DNA of 64,000 nt. Origin: Felis catus (lineage: Eukaryota). The number at the start of each line of letters is the position of its first letter. The first letter of the stretch is position 1. Shown here one piece after another: positions 13,761 to 25,033 of this stretch. Below the pieces are notes generated by a model. The model was not told the origin of the DNA and searched no databases. It saw nothing but the letters and a program-made list of their open reading frames with translations. A program made the translations under genes and the position numbers. The stretch spans positions 36,520,001 through 36,584,000 of the forward strand of contig NC_058368.1 in the NCBI RefSeq assembly GCF_018350175.1, written 5' to 3'.

Positions 13761-16529
13761 ATTATAGAACCCCAGATTAGGCAGCAATCTTAGGTAGGTC
13801 TGATGAGTGTAACAGTTCTTTACCAGAAAAGTAACTAACATGAAAGCAGTCCGTGCATACCTTACATTAGTTTATTTAGGAAAATTTCAGAGCTTTCTAG
13901 GTTATTGTTTTCCATGTTCTTGATGTGTCTTCAGGGATTCTCAGAGCCCATCTCTGCTATAAGCTTGTGGGGATGTTGCTGACAAGGCCTGTGTCTGCTT
14001 CTTCCACCTTCTTGGACAGAGCATCCTTGCTTCAAAGAATTTTTGCCCAGTGATCTCTTTAGGATTTCTTTTGAATGCAGCTAACAACAATGAAAAACAC
14101 CTTAAAACCTTTAAATGTAGAATTTTCTGTACCAAATTTTATCTTTTAAAATATTCTTAATACTAATGTGACTTTAGGTTATGCATAAAATGAGAAGATT
14201 TAAAATAAACCCTTTACACATGAAACAGGAATTGTGTTGGATATCCCTTTCTGTCCTTTGGTTATATTTTTTCCTTTAATTACCTATTTTTAGCACTAAA
14301 AATAACTCTCTTCATAGTACCTGTATTAATATGTGAAGGTGTTTTGAAAAATAATTTTAATAGAAATTTTAGAAGCTGACCCACAGGGAATTGCTCATTT
14401 TATTTGCCTTTTGTTCAAAACTCCATATGTTGTATAAATATATAACTATTTTTAGGCTAAGTAAATGTTTAAGGAATATTTTTTTGACATGAATTATTTG
14501 TGCTTTTTTCTAAGATAGTACTAACTCAGTATAAGCTACTTTATTTGTGCCTTTATTGAAATGCTTTATTAACCATCATTTTACCATGTTAATGATGACT
14601 GAATCCTTATAAAGATATGGCTCCAGTCACTAAATTATGTTTGTCATAGTTCATGTTTAAAATAAATTTTAAAAAGATTCAAAATAAATTATTTTAATCT
14701 GTGCATAAGATAGGCAATAGTAAGCAGAGTATTTGAATAAATAATCTGTTTTTTGGACATGTTAGATTTTGTTATAATACTATTTTTTAGTTATCTTTTA
14801 TATTAAAAAAGGAATGAATGAATACAAGAGCTGGGTTGTCCAGTGATCATCCAAATAGATCATCTATTTGCATAGTTATAAGCATATGCTTAACTTCCCA
14901 TAAACAGTTTATGTTTGAGCTTTAGGCCATAAGAATTGTGAGAGTGGAGGGAACTGTGGTGGGGAAACCACCTTTTGCAACTTCTTTACTGAGTGGTTCA
15001 CGGTAGGCTTTGCATTTCACAGATATAAAGTCTTGAACCTAGTGGCTTATAGTCTAAAAATCATGGAACAAAGTAAAAAAAAAAAAAAAAGTAAAACCAT
15101 TCTTTCTACAAAACTGTTTCGTGTTTTTAATATTTTTTAAGCTTAATGTTTTACAGTAATCATTTTCATAGTTTACGCCTCTGAACCAAAGTATATAAAT
15201 AGAATTATAAAATATAGGTTAATGTAAAAATGCTTTGTTACCAGTCCAGCTATGTGATGACATTATGCCTTATTGTGGAACCCTAAAAAGGAAAGGCTTT
15301 CAGGTCTGCGTTTATTTTTTTCTTCTAAGTTTTAGAAACGACTGGTTGTACATGCCTTTTAAACATGCCTTTTTAAACAGGTCTGTGGGTAAAGACCTGA
15401 TTTTACAAATGGATGGACGGTCTCAAAGCTTCAGCAATACCAACATCAACCACAAGATGGCTTCACTGCCTTAAAATTCAAAGTGAATGCCCTCTTACCA
15501 GTAGCCTAGAAAATTAGATGTTTTTAAAAAGAAAAATAATTGAAAAAAGTTTTTAAGTTTTAATTTAAATAAAATTGTATCATGTTTTATGAATGTTAAT
15601 TTATTCTGTGCTAATAATACAGTTTGTCAGTGTTGCTTCTAATGAGTTATTAAAATTAAGCATACACGTTTATTTTTTAGAACAGTGGATTACTCTGAAA
15701 CATTGATTTTACTATGCAATAAAGCTTAGTAAATAAATAAAATAAATAAATACAAGTGCTCATTGGCAATTATTAATAGAACTGTGGAGTTTAAAAACGA
15801 CTGCATAAAACAATATATATTAGCCACATACTCTGTTCACTTTACTTTTTTTTTTTTCCTAATTCTCCCAGAGAACAAAAAGCTAACCAGGTGAAGGATA
15901 GACGTGTGGAAATAGGGAAATGATACACTAGTAGAAGGGTTACTTTGGATTGGGAGTCCTGCAATATTTTCCTCATGTTTCATTTGCTGTAATTGCTCTG
16001 AATGTAAGAGAAATCATGTTCTGTGCTGTACTTTGATGTATAAATTGATGCTTTTTGCAGGGGATCTCAAGTTTGGGAAAACCTATTCAAGATTATGTCT
16101 ATTTCTCACTTAACAGGCTTTTATAATATCCTGTTTTTAAAATTTCTAAGAGGTAGAAACTTTTAGATCTTCTAGTAAATATCACCATATTTATGATTCA
16201 GAAAGGGGTTTTTTTTTTGCTCATTACTATTATTGTTTCTTACATTTACACTCTTGCTGTATGTGAATATCACTTGAAAATTTTGAGATAAGGATGAGGG
16301 ACTACCTTCGAAAGGTATTTTTCATGAGCACCTTTTACAGCACCTTCATATTGCCATGTAAACACGATGTCTTCCCCTCACCGGCCAGCCAAACTGCTGT
16401 TTATTCTTCAAATCCTCACTCAGATGCCACGTATCTCCTAATTTTCTTGACCCCTTTTGAGCAGAATTCATTTTTAAGCATTAACATTTCCATTGCCCTT
16501 TATACCTATATATGCTTCTCTATGTAACG

Positions 16530-16725
16530 AATGTTGTAGTTTTGGAACATGTAATAGAAAGATGACAGACTTTGGTGTAAGACAGATCCACATTTGAATT
16601 CTAATTCTGCCTCTTACTAGCTGAGTGACCTCTGGCAGAGTACATTACCCTCTGCTCTCAGTTTTCTCACTTAAGATACACAGTGATCCTAACATACTTT
16701 ATAGATCTGGAGGTAAATTATTGTA
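16530..16725 (+). mobile_element. MIR SINE
   Basis: Core tttgaattctaattctgcctcttactagctgagtgacct...ctcagttttctca. Confidence 0.7.
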
Positions 16726-17607
16726 AAAACACAGGGAAATACTTTATTTATCAAGGAGTTTTAAATGTTGTGTTTGTGCTAATAAGTTCAAGGGATGCAG
16801 AGATTAACAGGACAGCCCATGCCTTGTTGGAGCAAACAGCCTAATGAGAGATGAAGAAACCTCCATGTTAATGTAGTGAAACACATGCTAGGTCAGAAGT
16901 ACCCGTGATGAAGAGCCAGCTGTCTCAGCTTGGTGAGGCGGAGAGGTTGCTTTTCTTGCTAGACTATTAGGTCTTAGATGTGATTTTCAATGAGGTAATA
17001 GTGAGCAGATCCTCATTTGGGGACATATTTAAAATCTTAGGGTAGGGTGTATACACACAAACACACACACATGTATATGTATATATATATACATGTATAT
17101 ACATATGTATATTCAGTATTATTCAGTATTATTTCTGTATATTCAGTGTTATTTCTGTTTGGAAATTTTTGAACAATTAAAAACCTATTTTATTGTACAA
17201 ACTGTAAAAAATAGAGCTTGACAAAATCTTGACTGGTAAGATAAGTGTAGTGGACGTTTATGATTCCTAGAACCTGAGTTCTTTTCCTGTGTTGGGGGGG
17301 AGGAATTTCCTATCTTTAGAGTCTTGGTGGTGGAGAAGAAGAAAATTGGAAATAGTTTTTCCCCAGCCTCCCTTGCAACTATGCTATGCACCTCTCAGAG
17401 CTATGTACCTCTCAGCTCTACTAGTCAGGTGAGCTGCTCTGGTCTTGGGCTAATCACACAACTAAGCGGGAACTGTGGCAAATGCTCTCTGCTGGGAGTA
17501 GAAGCTACAGCAAGGCTGAGTCTCTGGGATAACAGCGGCAGAAGTGCTGAGGTAAGTGTCCAGGGCGGGTGAGACTGAAGGGATGAGGCATGTAGGGTGA
17601 TGCTTGC

Positions 17608-17800
17608 AATGTGCAGGGTCCAGCTCCTTAACAGCTCCTAAACGCCGATTATCAGCTTGTCTTCCCAGTTTAGAGTTCAGTGACATCTAGTTGGTACTTG
17701 AAATCAGTCACTGGCAAATGCCACCAACACTAAGGCTTCTCATCTCCCCCCCACCCATCCCAGAACTCTTACCGACACACCCCTGCCCCCAGACCAGTTC
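17608..17800 (+). mobile_element. MER63-like hAT-Blackjack element
   Basis: tcttcccagtttagagttcagtgacatctagttggtacttgaaatcag matches the recalled MER63 core. Confidence 0.55.
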
Positions 17801-18770
17801 TGTGGTTTGACTGTGAGTGGTTTTTTCCGCTGGGTAGGCGGCAGACCTAGTTCTTTCATTCTCCTGACATTTCTGTGGACTACGCACTGTCTTAATTTCA
17901 GAATATCATGTACATTATTTAACTATTTTAAGGTAATATTTGATATGTAAAAATATATATGTTTTAAAGCTTAATAATGGTGTGAGTACCTGTGAAGCCT
18001 CAGTCTGATATAGGAGCTAGAACATTAAAGTACCACCCTGCCTACTTTATGTGCCCTGGCGCTTCCTCCCTCCCACACCAAGAAATGGAGTTCAGTTTTA
18101 CTTGACTTCTAAAAATATTCCTAAACAATATGTGGTTTTGTTTTTAGGCTTTATAAAATGATAACATATTGTCTGCTTTCATCATTCAGTGTTGTATTTC
18201 TGATAGGTGTCTGTGTTGCACATGGCTATTATTCATTTGTTTTCTCTTCTGTATAACATAAACTGTGTAAATATACCTCAGTTTACTTATTCATTCTTCT
18301 ATTGATGGATATTTAGGTGCTTTTCTTCTTTTTTTGATAATAGGTGAACTACTTCTAGGAACAAATTTATATATTTTTCCTGATGCATGTATGTGAGTTT
18401 CTTTGGGACACATAACCAGGGATTGGATTATTATGTGCTAGAGCTAAGCAAATGTTTGACTTTATAAGATTATGCCAAATAATTTTTCAGAATGGTTTTG
18501 CCAGATTTATCTTAACTTCAGTAGTGTATGGAAGATACCATTAATCTGCATCATTTGTGACTCTTGAAATTATCAATTTTTTTCTAATCTTGTGATTTTA
18601 AAATATGTTATTCTCCCTTAGGCTATTCTTTCCCTGCCCACGCCCACCCCCGTATAAACTTGAGAATCAAATGATCAAGTTTCTTAAAGTATGTTGGGGT
18701 TTTGATTGAAATTGAATTGCCCTTGCAGATGAGCTTTTAAAGACAGTTGACATCTTTATGGTATTATATT

Positions 18771-18968
18771 ACCAGTGAAGGGTTTATAAGTTGCCTCTGT
18801 CAAGAGAAGAAAAAAGCCCTGATCTGTAGCATTTGCTACTTTTTGTAGCAAACATATTACTATCATGGCTGGTTATAAGCTACACCATGAAACCATTGAT
18901 GCCGGAATTGGGAAGAAATGTGGATCAAAGGCTCTTGTAAACTAGGACAAGCTGCCTCTAGCACATTC
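18771..18968 (-). mobile_element. MER63A-like element
   Basis: aaagccctgatctgtagcatttgc...ggaattgggaagaaatg, the reverse MER63 core. Confidence 0.6.
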
Positions 18969-19647
18969 CTAGATGTATCTCTTCACTTACTTAGCTTTTC
19001 CATAGTTTTATAATTTATTAAAAGTATACAGGTCTGGTATCATTTGTAAGCTTTATTCCTGGAGTGTTTTATTTTTATTGCTATAAAGTGGTTTTTTTTA
19101 AAGATTAGTCTTTTTCTCTTTGATAATTGTACACTGACTTTAAATTCTGCTACCTTGTACTTAATGTTCTTAATACTATATCTCTCTCTATTTTTTTGTT
19201 TTCTTTATAAATTTGCCTTTTGTTGACATTTCACACGAGTGGAATCACACCACTCATACTCTCTTGTATCTGGCTTCTTTCACTTAATATGTTTTTGAGG
19301 TTAATGTGTCAGTAGTTTGTTCCTGTTTATTGCTGAATAGTAGTATTCCATTGTATGGATAGACCACTTTTTTCTTTTCATTCACAAATTGATGCACATT
19401 TAGACTGCTATGCATAGTTTTATTTTTTCACTGCTAATGAAAGTATATTGATGTTTATATTATTTTTTCTTAAATCATTGATTTGAATCTTTACTCTCTG
19501 CTTCTTGATCAGTCTTGCTAAGTAGTAGTTTCATTAGTTTCTGCTAACCTTGTATTTTTGTTTGCTATTTCATTAGTTTCTCTTTATTATCTTCTTCTAC
19601 CTTGGTATAGCTCATTCTGTTGTTCTTTTTCATAGCTTGTTAGTTTA

Positions 19648-20049
19648 GCGCACTTTCTTTGTGCGCTTTCTTTGATCACTTTCTTTGATCCTCGGGACCC
19701 ACAGTCTCATCACGTCTCACACAGAGGACGGCAGAGCATGCAGGCGGCGGCTTGGTCGGTTGGCGATCTCCCAACAGCTGGATCTCCGACAATGTGAAGC
19801 TTTTGTTTGGGATTTCCCCCCCTCCTTTTAGTTTCGCTTCATTTTTTTTTTTTTTTAATCTTATTTCATTTTTTGTCCTTTTTTTTTTCTTTTTTCTTTT
19901 TTTCTTTTTTTTTTTTTTTAATTTAAACGATTAAGACTTCAGAAGAGCAAGAAACTAACGCTGTGGAGAAACGACACGGACAAAGCATATGTGTAAATTT
20001 CATTTTTAATTTTTATAAGGGGTTAGGGAAAAAAAAAAAAAAAAAAAAA
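19648..20049 (+). other. Unidentified CpG-rich insert ending in A21; possible retrocopied 3' UTR fragment
   Basis: Abrupt CpG-rich, non-repeat sequence inside an old L1. It has an internal T-tract, a terminal A-run at 20029-20049, and a triplicated ctttctttg at the 5' junction. Confidence 0.5.
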
Positions 20050-20203
20050 TGTAAGCTATTAATTTTTTCTCCCCTCACTGCCTTAGCTACATCCCAGAGG
20101 TTTTATACGTGTTATTTTCATAATCATTCAGTTCTAAACATTTTTCAGTTTATATTAAGGTATATTCTTTGCCTGTTTTAATCATAAAATATTATCATTT
20201 GTC

Positions 20204-20398
20204 TTTTTTTTTTTAAGTTTATTTATTTTGAGAGGGGGATGGGAGGAGGGGCAGAGAGAGGAGAGAGAGAATCCTAAGCAGACTCCACACTGTCAACGTG
20301 GAGCCCAATGCAGGGCTGAATCATACAAACCCTGAAATCATGACCTGAGCCAAAATCAAGAGTTAGATGCTTAATCAATGGAGCCATCCAGGAGTCCT
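20204..20398 (-). mobile_element. Can-SINE
   Basis: Canonical structure with approximate TSD ttgtctttt. Confidence 0.85.
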
Positions 20399-20603
20399 TG
20401 TCTTTCTTTTTGTTACTGATTTCTCATTTAGTTATATTTTGATCAGAGAACTTGAACTGAGAGCTATATTTGAAATTTCCTAGAGGCTTATATTATAGCT
20501 TGATATATATTTGTGAATATTGTATGTTTGCTTGAGAAGAATATTTATTCCCTAGTTGTTAGGTTCACAACTCTGTATAAATTTTCTAGACAGGCTTATT
20601 ATT

Positions 20604-20816
20604 ATTATTTTTTTCAACGTTTATTTATTTTTGGGACAGAGAGAGACAGAGCATGAACGGGAGAGGGGCAGAGAGAGAGGGAGACACAGAATCCGAAACA
20701 GGATCCAGGCTCCGAGCCATCAGCCCAGAGCCTGACGCGGGGCTCGAACTCACGGACCGCGAGATCGTGACCTGGCTGAAGTCGGACGCTTAACCGACTG
20801 TGCCACCCAGGCGCCC
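20604..20816 (-). mobile_element. Young SINEC_Fc-type SINE
   Basis: CpGs intact. TSD caggcttattatt at 20591 and 20817. Confidence 0.93.
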
Positions 20817-23334
20817 CAGGCTTATTATTTTATAGTCTGTTTTTGATTAATTCCAAATTCTCCAGGCCTTAGAAACTTAAATTTGTTTCTTTATTATTAT
20901 TTTTTTTTTTATGATTCTCATGCTTTGTGGCTTGTTTCTTTGTGAGTCTCTTGATATTTTCTTGTGACTTCATGTTTCTTGATCTTTTTATATGGGAATC
21001 CTGGGCACCTGAATCAGCAGTGCTTTCTTCTAGAAGGGACACGTGGAGCTAGTGGGGGTACTACTAATTTACAGTGCGTTGAGGTTTTGGCTAAGGTTAA
21101 TTTTGCTACGTTTTCACTAGCCTGGAGTTGAGGCTCTCTCAGCTGCAATGCCATTCCTACCAGAAGCAAACATAGATATTCTCTGGAGGAAAATGCCCTC
21201 CAAATTGAGACTTACCATAGATGCCTGAATGGATGGTGTGAGGAATGTTCTAAAATTTCTAACATTATAAAAAGTTGTCTTTCACTCTAGTTTCTTGAGT
21301 CTGATATATATATCAGACTCATAATCAGACTTATAATGGGACAGAGTGTGACAAATCATACTTTTATCCCCTGTGCTCTTTTCCTGCCCTACCCTTGTGT
21401 TTATTAAAATAAATTTTGTTGAAATGGTATTAAGATATTAATGATTTTAAGACAAAGAAGTAGGTTAAGAAAGAGAGCATCATAAATGCTATTTAAAGCC
21501 TGTCCTTCAGGCTTTTAAAGAAGGTAAAGCAGAACCACTATTTCTTCTTTCAAGGCAGTTTTCTGGAATCATTTGCCCAGTTGCTTGGACCCTAAGGTAG
21601 AGATGTGAGTAGTCTAGCCAAAAACTTCTCTAGATAAAAGTGAAGGGGAAAAATATGACCCCTAGAAAATCTTATTGAAACTTTGGAAGTAGTGATAAAA
21701 AATGAAATGAATTATGATTTTAAGTACTTAAAAGGACTCTGGAGGATGGAACTGTCTTTATTCTGTTAATTTTAACTCACTTTGCAATAATGCGATGCTA
21801 ACGTTGTTAGGTTTTGATGGAGCAAATTTATTTCTCAAGGAAATTGATATGATTATAAAAAGAAATGGCTACCAGATATTTCACAGTAAGTAAAATAAAC
21901 TGTCCAAACTTAAATGGTTTCTAGAGTCCTAAAAAAATTACAGTTTCAGCAGTTTTTCCAGGTGTGATCAGACTGTAGATAACTCGTTCCATGTCATCCG
22001 GCCTTTAGAGAGACTGATAAACAAGAGTGCTATTGACTATGATCAGTAAAGTAATAAACTGATGGAGTCATTTAAATCTGGTATTCCATATCAGTTTAAA
22101 TGACTGGTTAGGAGTTCAGATTACAGAGGTGTCCATCTTTTTAGAAAGAGAAAGGAATGAAGCCTGGGTGAATTTTTGGGGGCCTCAGATAATATTTCTG
22201 GCAGATACTTGATATCATTTATTATGATTAGAAATCTTTACCTAGAGAGACAATGATGAATTCTTCTTACCTATTTAAACTTTTCACAGTCATTTCTTTT
22301 ACTTGTTCCTTATTACTTAGGCAAAAGAGAAAACCGGACATTAAAGGAATCTTGGGCAAAGATTAATCTTTGTTTTTTATTACTTTCATTTAAAATTTAT
22401 ATGTTTTTTTTTTCTTTTTTCACTTTAGAGTTGCCCTTGACACTAGTTGGACACAGATTCTGAGGCTAAATCTCATTCAGTTTTGTGGATGCCTTCAGAT
22501 GTTTTCAGTTTCAGGGTTTAAAGTTAGGATTTATAAACTTAGAACTATATATAGCATTTTATTCTCCTATTTGTGTTTTATTTGGATCCTGTACTTCTGT
22601 ATTTTGTCTGCTATGGAGTATAGTAAACTGAATATTGTGAACATAATAATGAAAAAGAATCTTTATCTGCTGGCTTCCTTATAGAATCTTTCTGAATTAT
22701 GTAATCACTGATATTAAGGCTTGATGATTCACATTGAGAAGTGATTATCACAAGACTGTATAATTTAGGAGATTCTAAGAGGAGTCTGATAAATAGTACC
22801 TCCTTTTCCACTTAGCTTTTGAATCAATCGAGAAGTAAAGAGTGAGAGATGTGGGTCAAAATATCAACTTTATAATTGATAAAAATTACTTCGAAAGTTG
22901 TGGTTTTATTGGAAGACCCGAACGGGCCTATTAACTGAACCACAAACCAGGAGGACTTAAATACTCCTTTATGATAGTGCCAATCCAGTGAAGATGCTGA
23001 GTAAATACCTCCCACCTCCGGACTCCTAACTAGATCCCAAGAAAAAGAAAGTTGACGATGAGCCCAGTATATACAGTATCTTCTTCCCAGTCAGATAAGT
23101 CAGTCATTCCATAAGGGGTGTATTAGTTTTCTAACGTTCCTATAAAAATTACCACAAACCTGGTGACCTGAAACACAGACATGTATTCTCTCATGGTTCT
23201 GTTGGCCAGAAGTCTAAAATCAGAGTGTCAGCAACTTTGGTTCCTTTGGAAGCTCCAAGGGAAAATCTGTTTCATGCCTCTCTCCTAGCTACTGGTAGCT
23301 GTGGGCAGTCTTTGGCATCTCCACATGGCCTTTA

Positions 23335-23551
23335 TTTATTTTTTTTTTCAACGTTTATTTATTTTGGGGACAGAGAGAGACAGAACATGAACGGGGGAGG
23401 GGCAGAGAGAGAGGGAGACACAGAATCCGAAACAGGCTCCAGGCTCTGAGCCATCAGCCCATAGCCCGACGCGGGGCTCGAACTCACGGACCGCGAGATC
23501 GTGACCTGGCTGAAGTCGGACGCTTAACCGACTGCGCCACCCAGGCGCCCC
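23335..23551 (-). mobile_element. Young SINEC_Fc-type SINE nested in MLT1C
   Basis: TSD tccacatggccttta on both sides. Confidence 0.93.
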
Positions 23552-23693
23552 TCCACATGGCCTTTACACTGCGCATCTTTTTGTGTGTATTTATACTGTG
23601 TGTATTTATACTGTGTGTTTATTTACTCTTATCTTGTAAGGACACTCATCACTGGATTTCCAGGCCATCCTAATTCTGGATGATCTGATCTTT

Positions 23694-23913
23694 AATTTTT
23701 TTTTTTAATGTTTGTTTATTTTTGAGAGAGAAATTGTTTGTTTATTTTTGAGTGGGGGAGGGGCAGAGAGAGAGGGAGACACACAATCCGAAGCAGGCAC
23801 CAGCCTCTGAGCTGTCAGCACAGAGCCTGACATGGGGCTCAAACTCACGAACCGTGACATCATGACCTGAGCCGAAGTTGGACACTTAACTGACGGAGAC
23901 ACCCAGGCACCCC
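23694..23913 (-). mobile_element. Can-SINE nested in MLT1C
   Basis: Approximate TSD tggatgatctgatcttta / tggatggtctcatcttta. Confidence 0.88.
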
Positions 23914-24082
23914 TGGATGGTCTCATCTTTAGATCCTGACCTCAGTTATGCTTGCAAAGGCCTTTTTCCCAAATAAGGTTACATTTAGAGGTTCTGGTAG
24001 ATTTATGTTTTGGAGGGGCCACTATTCAGTCCACTGAAAGGCCAGAGAGGCCAAGAATTGGAGTAATTAAATAAGTAAACTT

Positions 24083-24295
24083 GGGGCACCTGGGTGGCTC
24101 AGTCGGTTAAGCGTCCAACTTGGGGTCAGGTCGTAATCTCATGGCTCATGCGTTTGAGCTGGGTGTCGGGCTCTTTGCTGACAGTTCAGAGCCTGAGGCT
24201 CACTTCTGATTCTGTGTCTCCGGCTCTCACTGCCCTTCCCACTCATGTTCTGTCTCTCTCTCTCTGAAAAATAAACAAACATAAAATTTTTTTTA
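24083..24295 (+). mobile_element. Can-SINE
   Basis: Head ggggcacctgggtggctcagtcggttaag. TSD aataagtaaactt / aataagtaagctt. Confidence 0.9.
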
Positions 24296-24845
24296 CCAAT
24301 AAGTAAGCTTGTTGCTTGCTAGGAAATATTAGGAGTTGGGGACAGGTGTTACTTCTGATTATTCCCCAGCTTTTTGTTCCCATGGTCAGCTAGGATGTAT
24401 GAGATCAACAAAATGTTCATTTTCCCACCCAATTTTTGTGTCATTGGCATTATCTTCAATTTTTGTTTCTTTGGTGGAATCTTAAAGCTACTTGTCTGTT
24501 TTGTATTAGAGGTTAAAAGCGAGCAATATAAGCTATATATCCATTTAACTGCATACAAATAAGAGGCAATTTATTACAACACATTGAAAACAAACAAAAT
24601 AAGCAAAGGTGTTCTCTCAACCCTCATGGGATGTAGAACTGTCCAGTTCCATAAAGATGCATTGTGATCTGTATGTCATATGGACCGAGTCAGGGTGCCC
24701 TTGTCAGGCTGGATAAAAAATACTAGGAAAGTTCCATTTCTTTCTAAGAATTATATAGAAGCAAATGTTTTACTCTCACGGTTCAATGGATATGCTCTCC
24801 CTTGGATGCATAAGTCTCACTTTGGAACACCTAAATCTAGATCAT

Positions 24846-25033
24846 CTCTGATCGTCCAACAGAACTTTTTGTAGTGATATGGATACTTTATATCTGTGTT
24901 GTCCATGTGCAGAACATTTGAAATATAGCTAATGTGACTCAAGAATTAATTTTAAATTTCTTTTAATTTTCATTAATTTAAATATAAATTTAATAGCTGC
25001 ATGTGGTTGGTGGACCATATTGGGCAGCACAAG
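24846..25033. mobile_element. MER3 hAT-Charlie MITE
   Basis: gtccaacagaactttttgtagtgat...tatatctgtgttgtcca...catgtggttggtggaccatattgggcagcac. Confidence 0.75.

Larger units (their letters stand above)
17900..21010 (-). mobile_element. Fragmented old L1 (L1M-type), antisense, with nested insertions
   Basis: T-rich L1 3' and ORF2 remnants, e.g. tggcttctttcacttaatatgtttttgagg, gctgaatagtagtattccattgtatggat, and gctattaattttttct...ttagctacatccca. Confidence 0.65.
23119..24038 (-). mobile_element. MLT1C-like MaLR solo LTR with two nested Can-SINEs
   Basis: Runs from tgtattagtttt...ttaccacaaacctggtg through taaggacactcatcactggattt and ttttcccaaataaggttacatt to ggccactattcagtccactgaa. Confidence 0.8.

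Noticed and set aside
15240..15490. Possible cassette exon after tttttaaacAG (15380)
   Set aside because: Only weak or too-close donors and an immediate in-frame stop, so support is insufficient.
23036..23062. PKKKKVDDE, resembling an SV40-type nuclear localisation signal or vector sequence
   Set aside because: It is not the SV40 PKKKRKV sequence, is preceded by a stop and has no vector context. More likely chance or part of the degraded viral-like frame.
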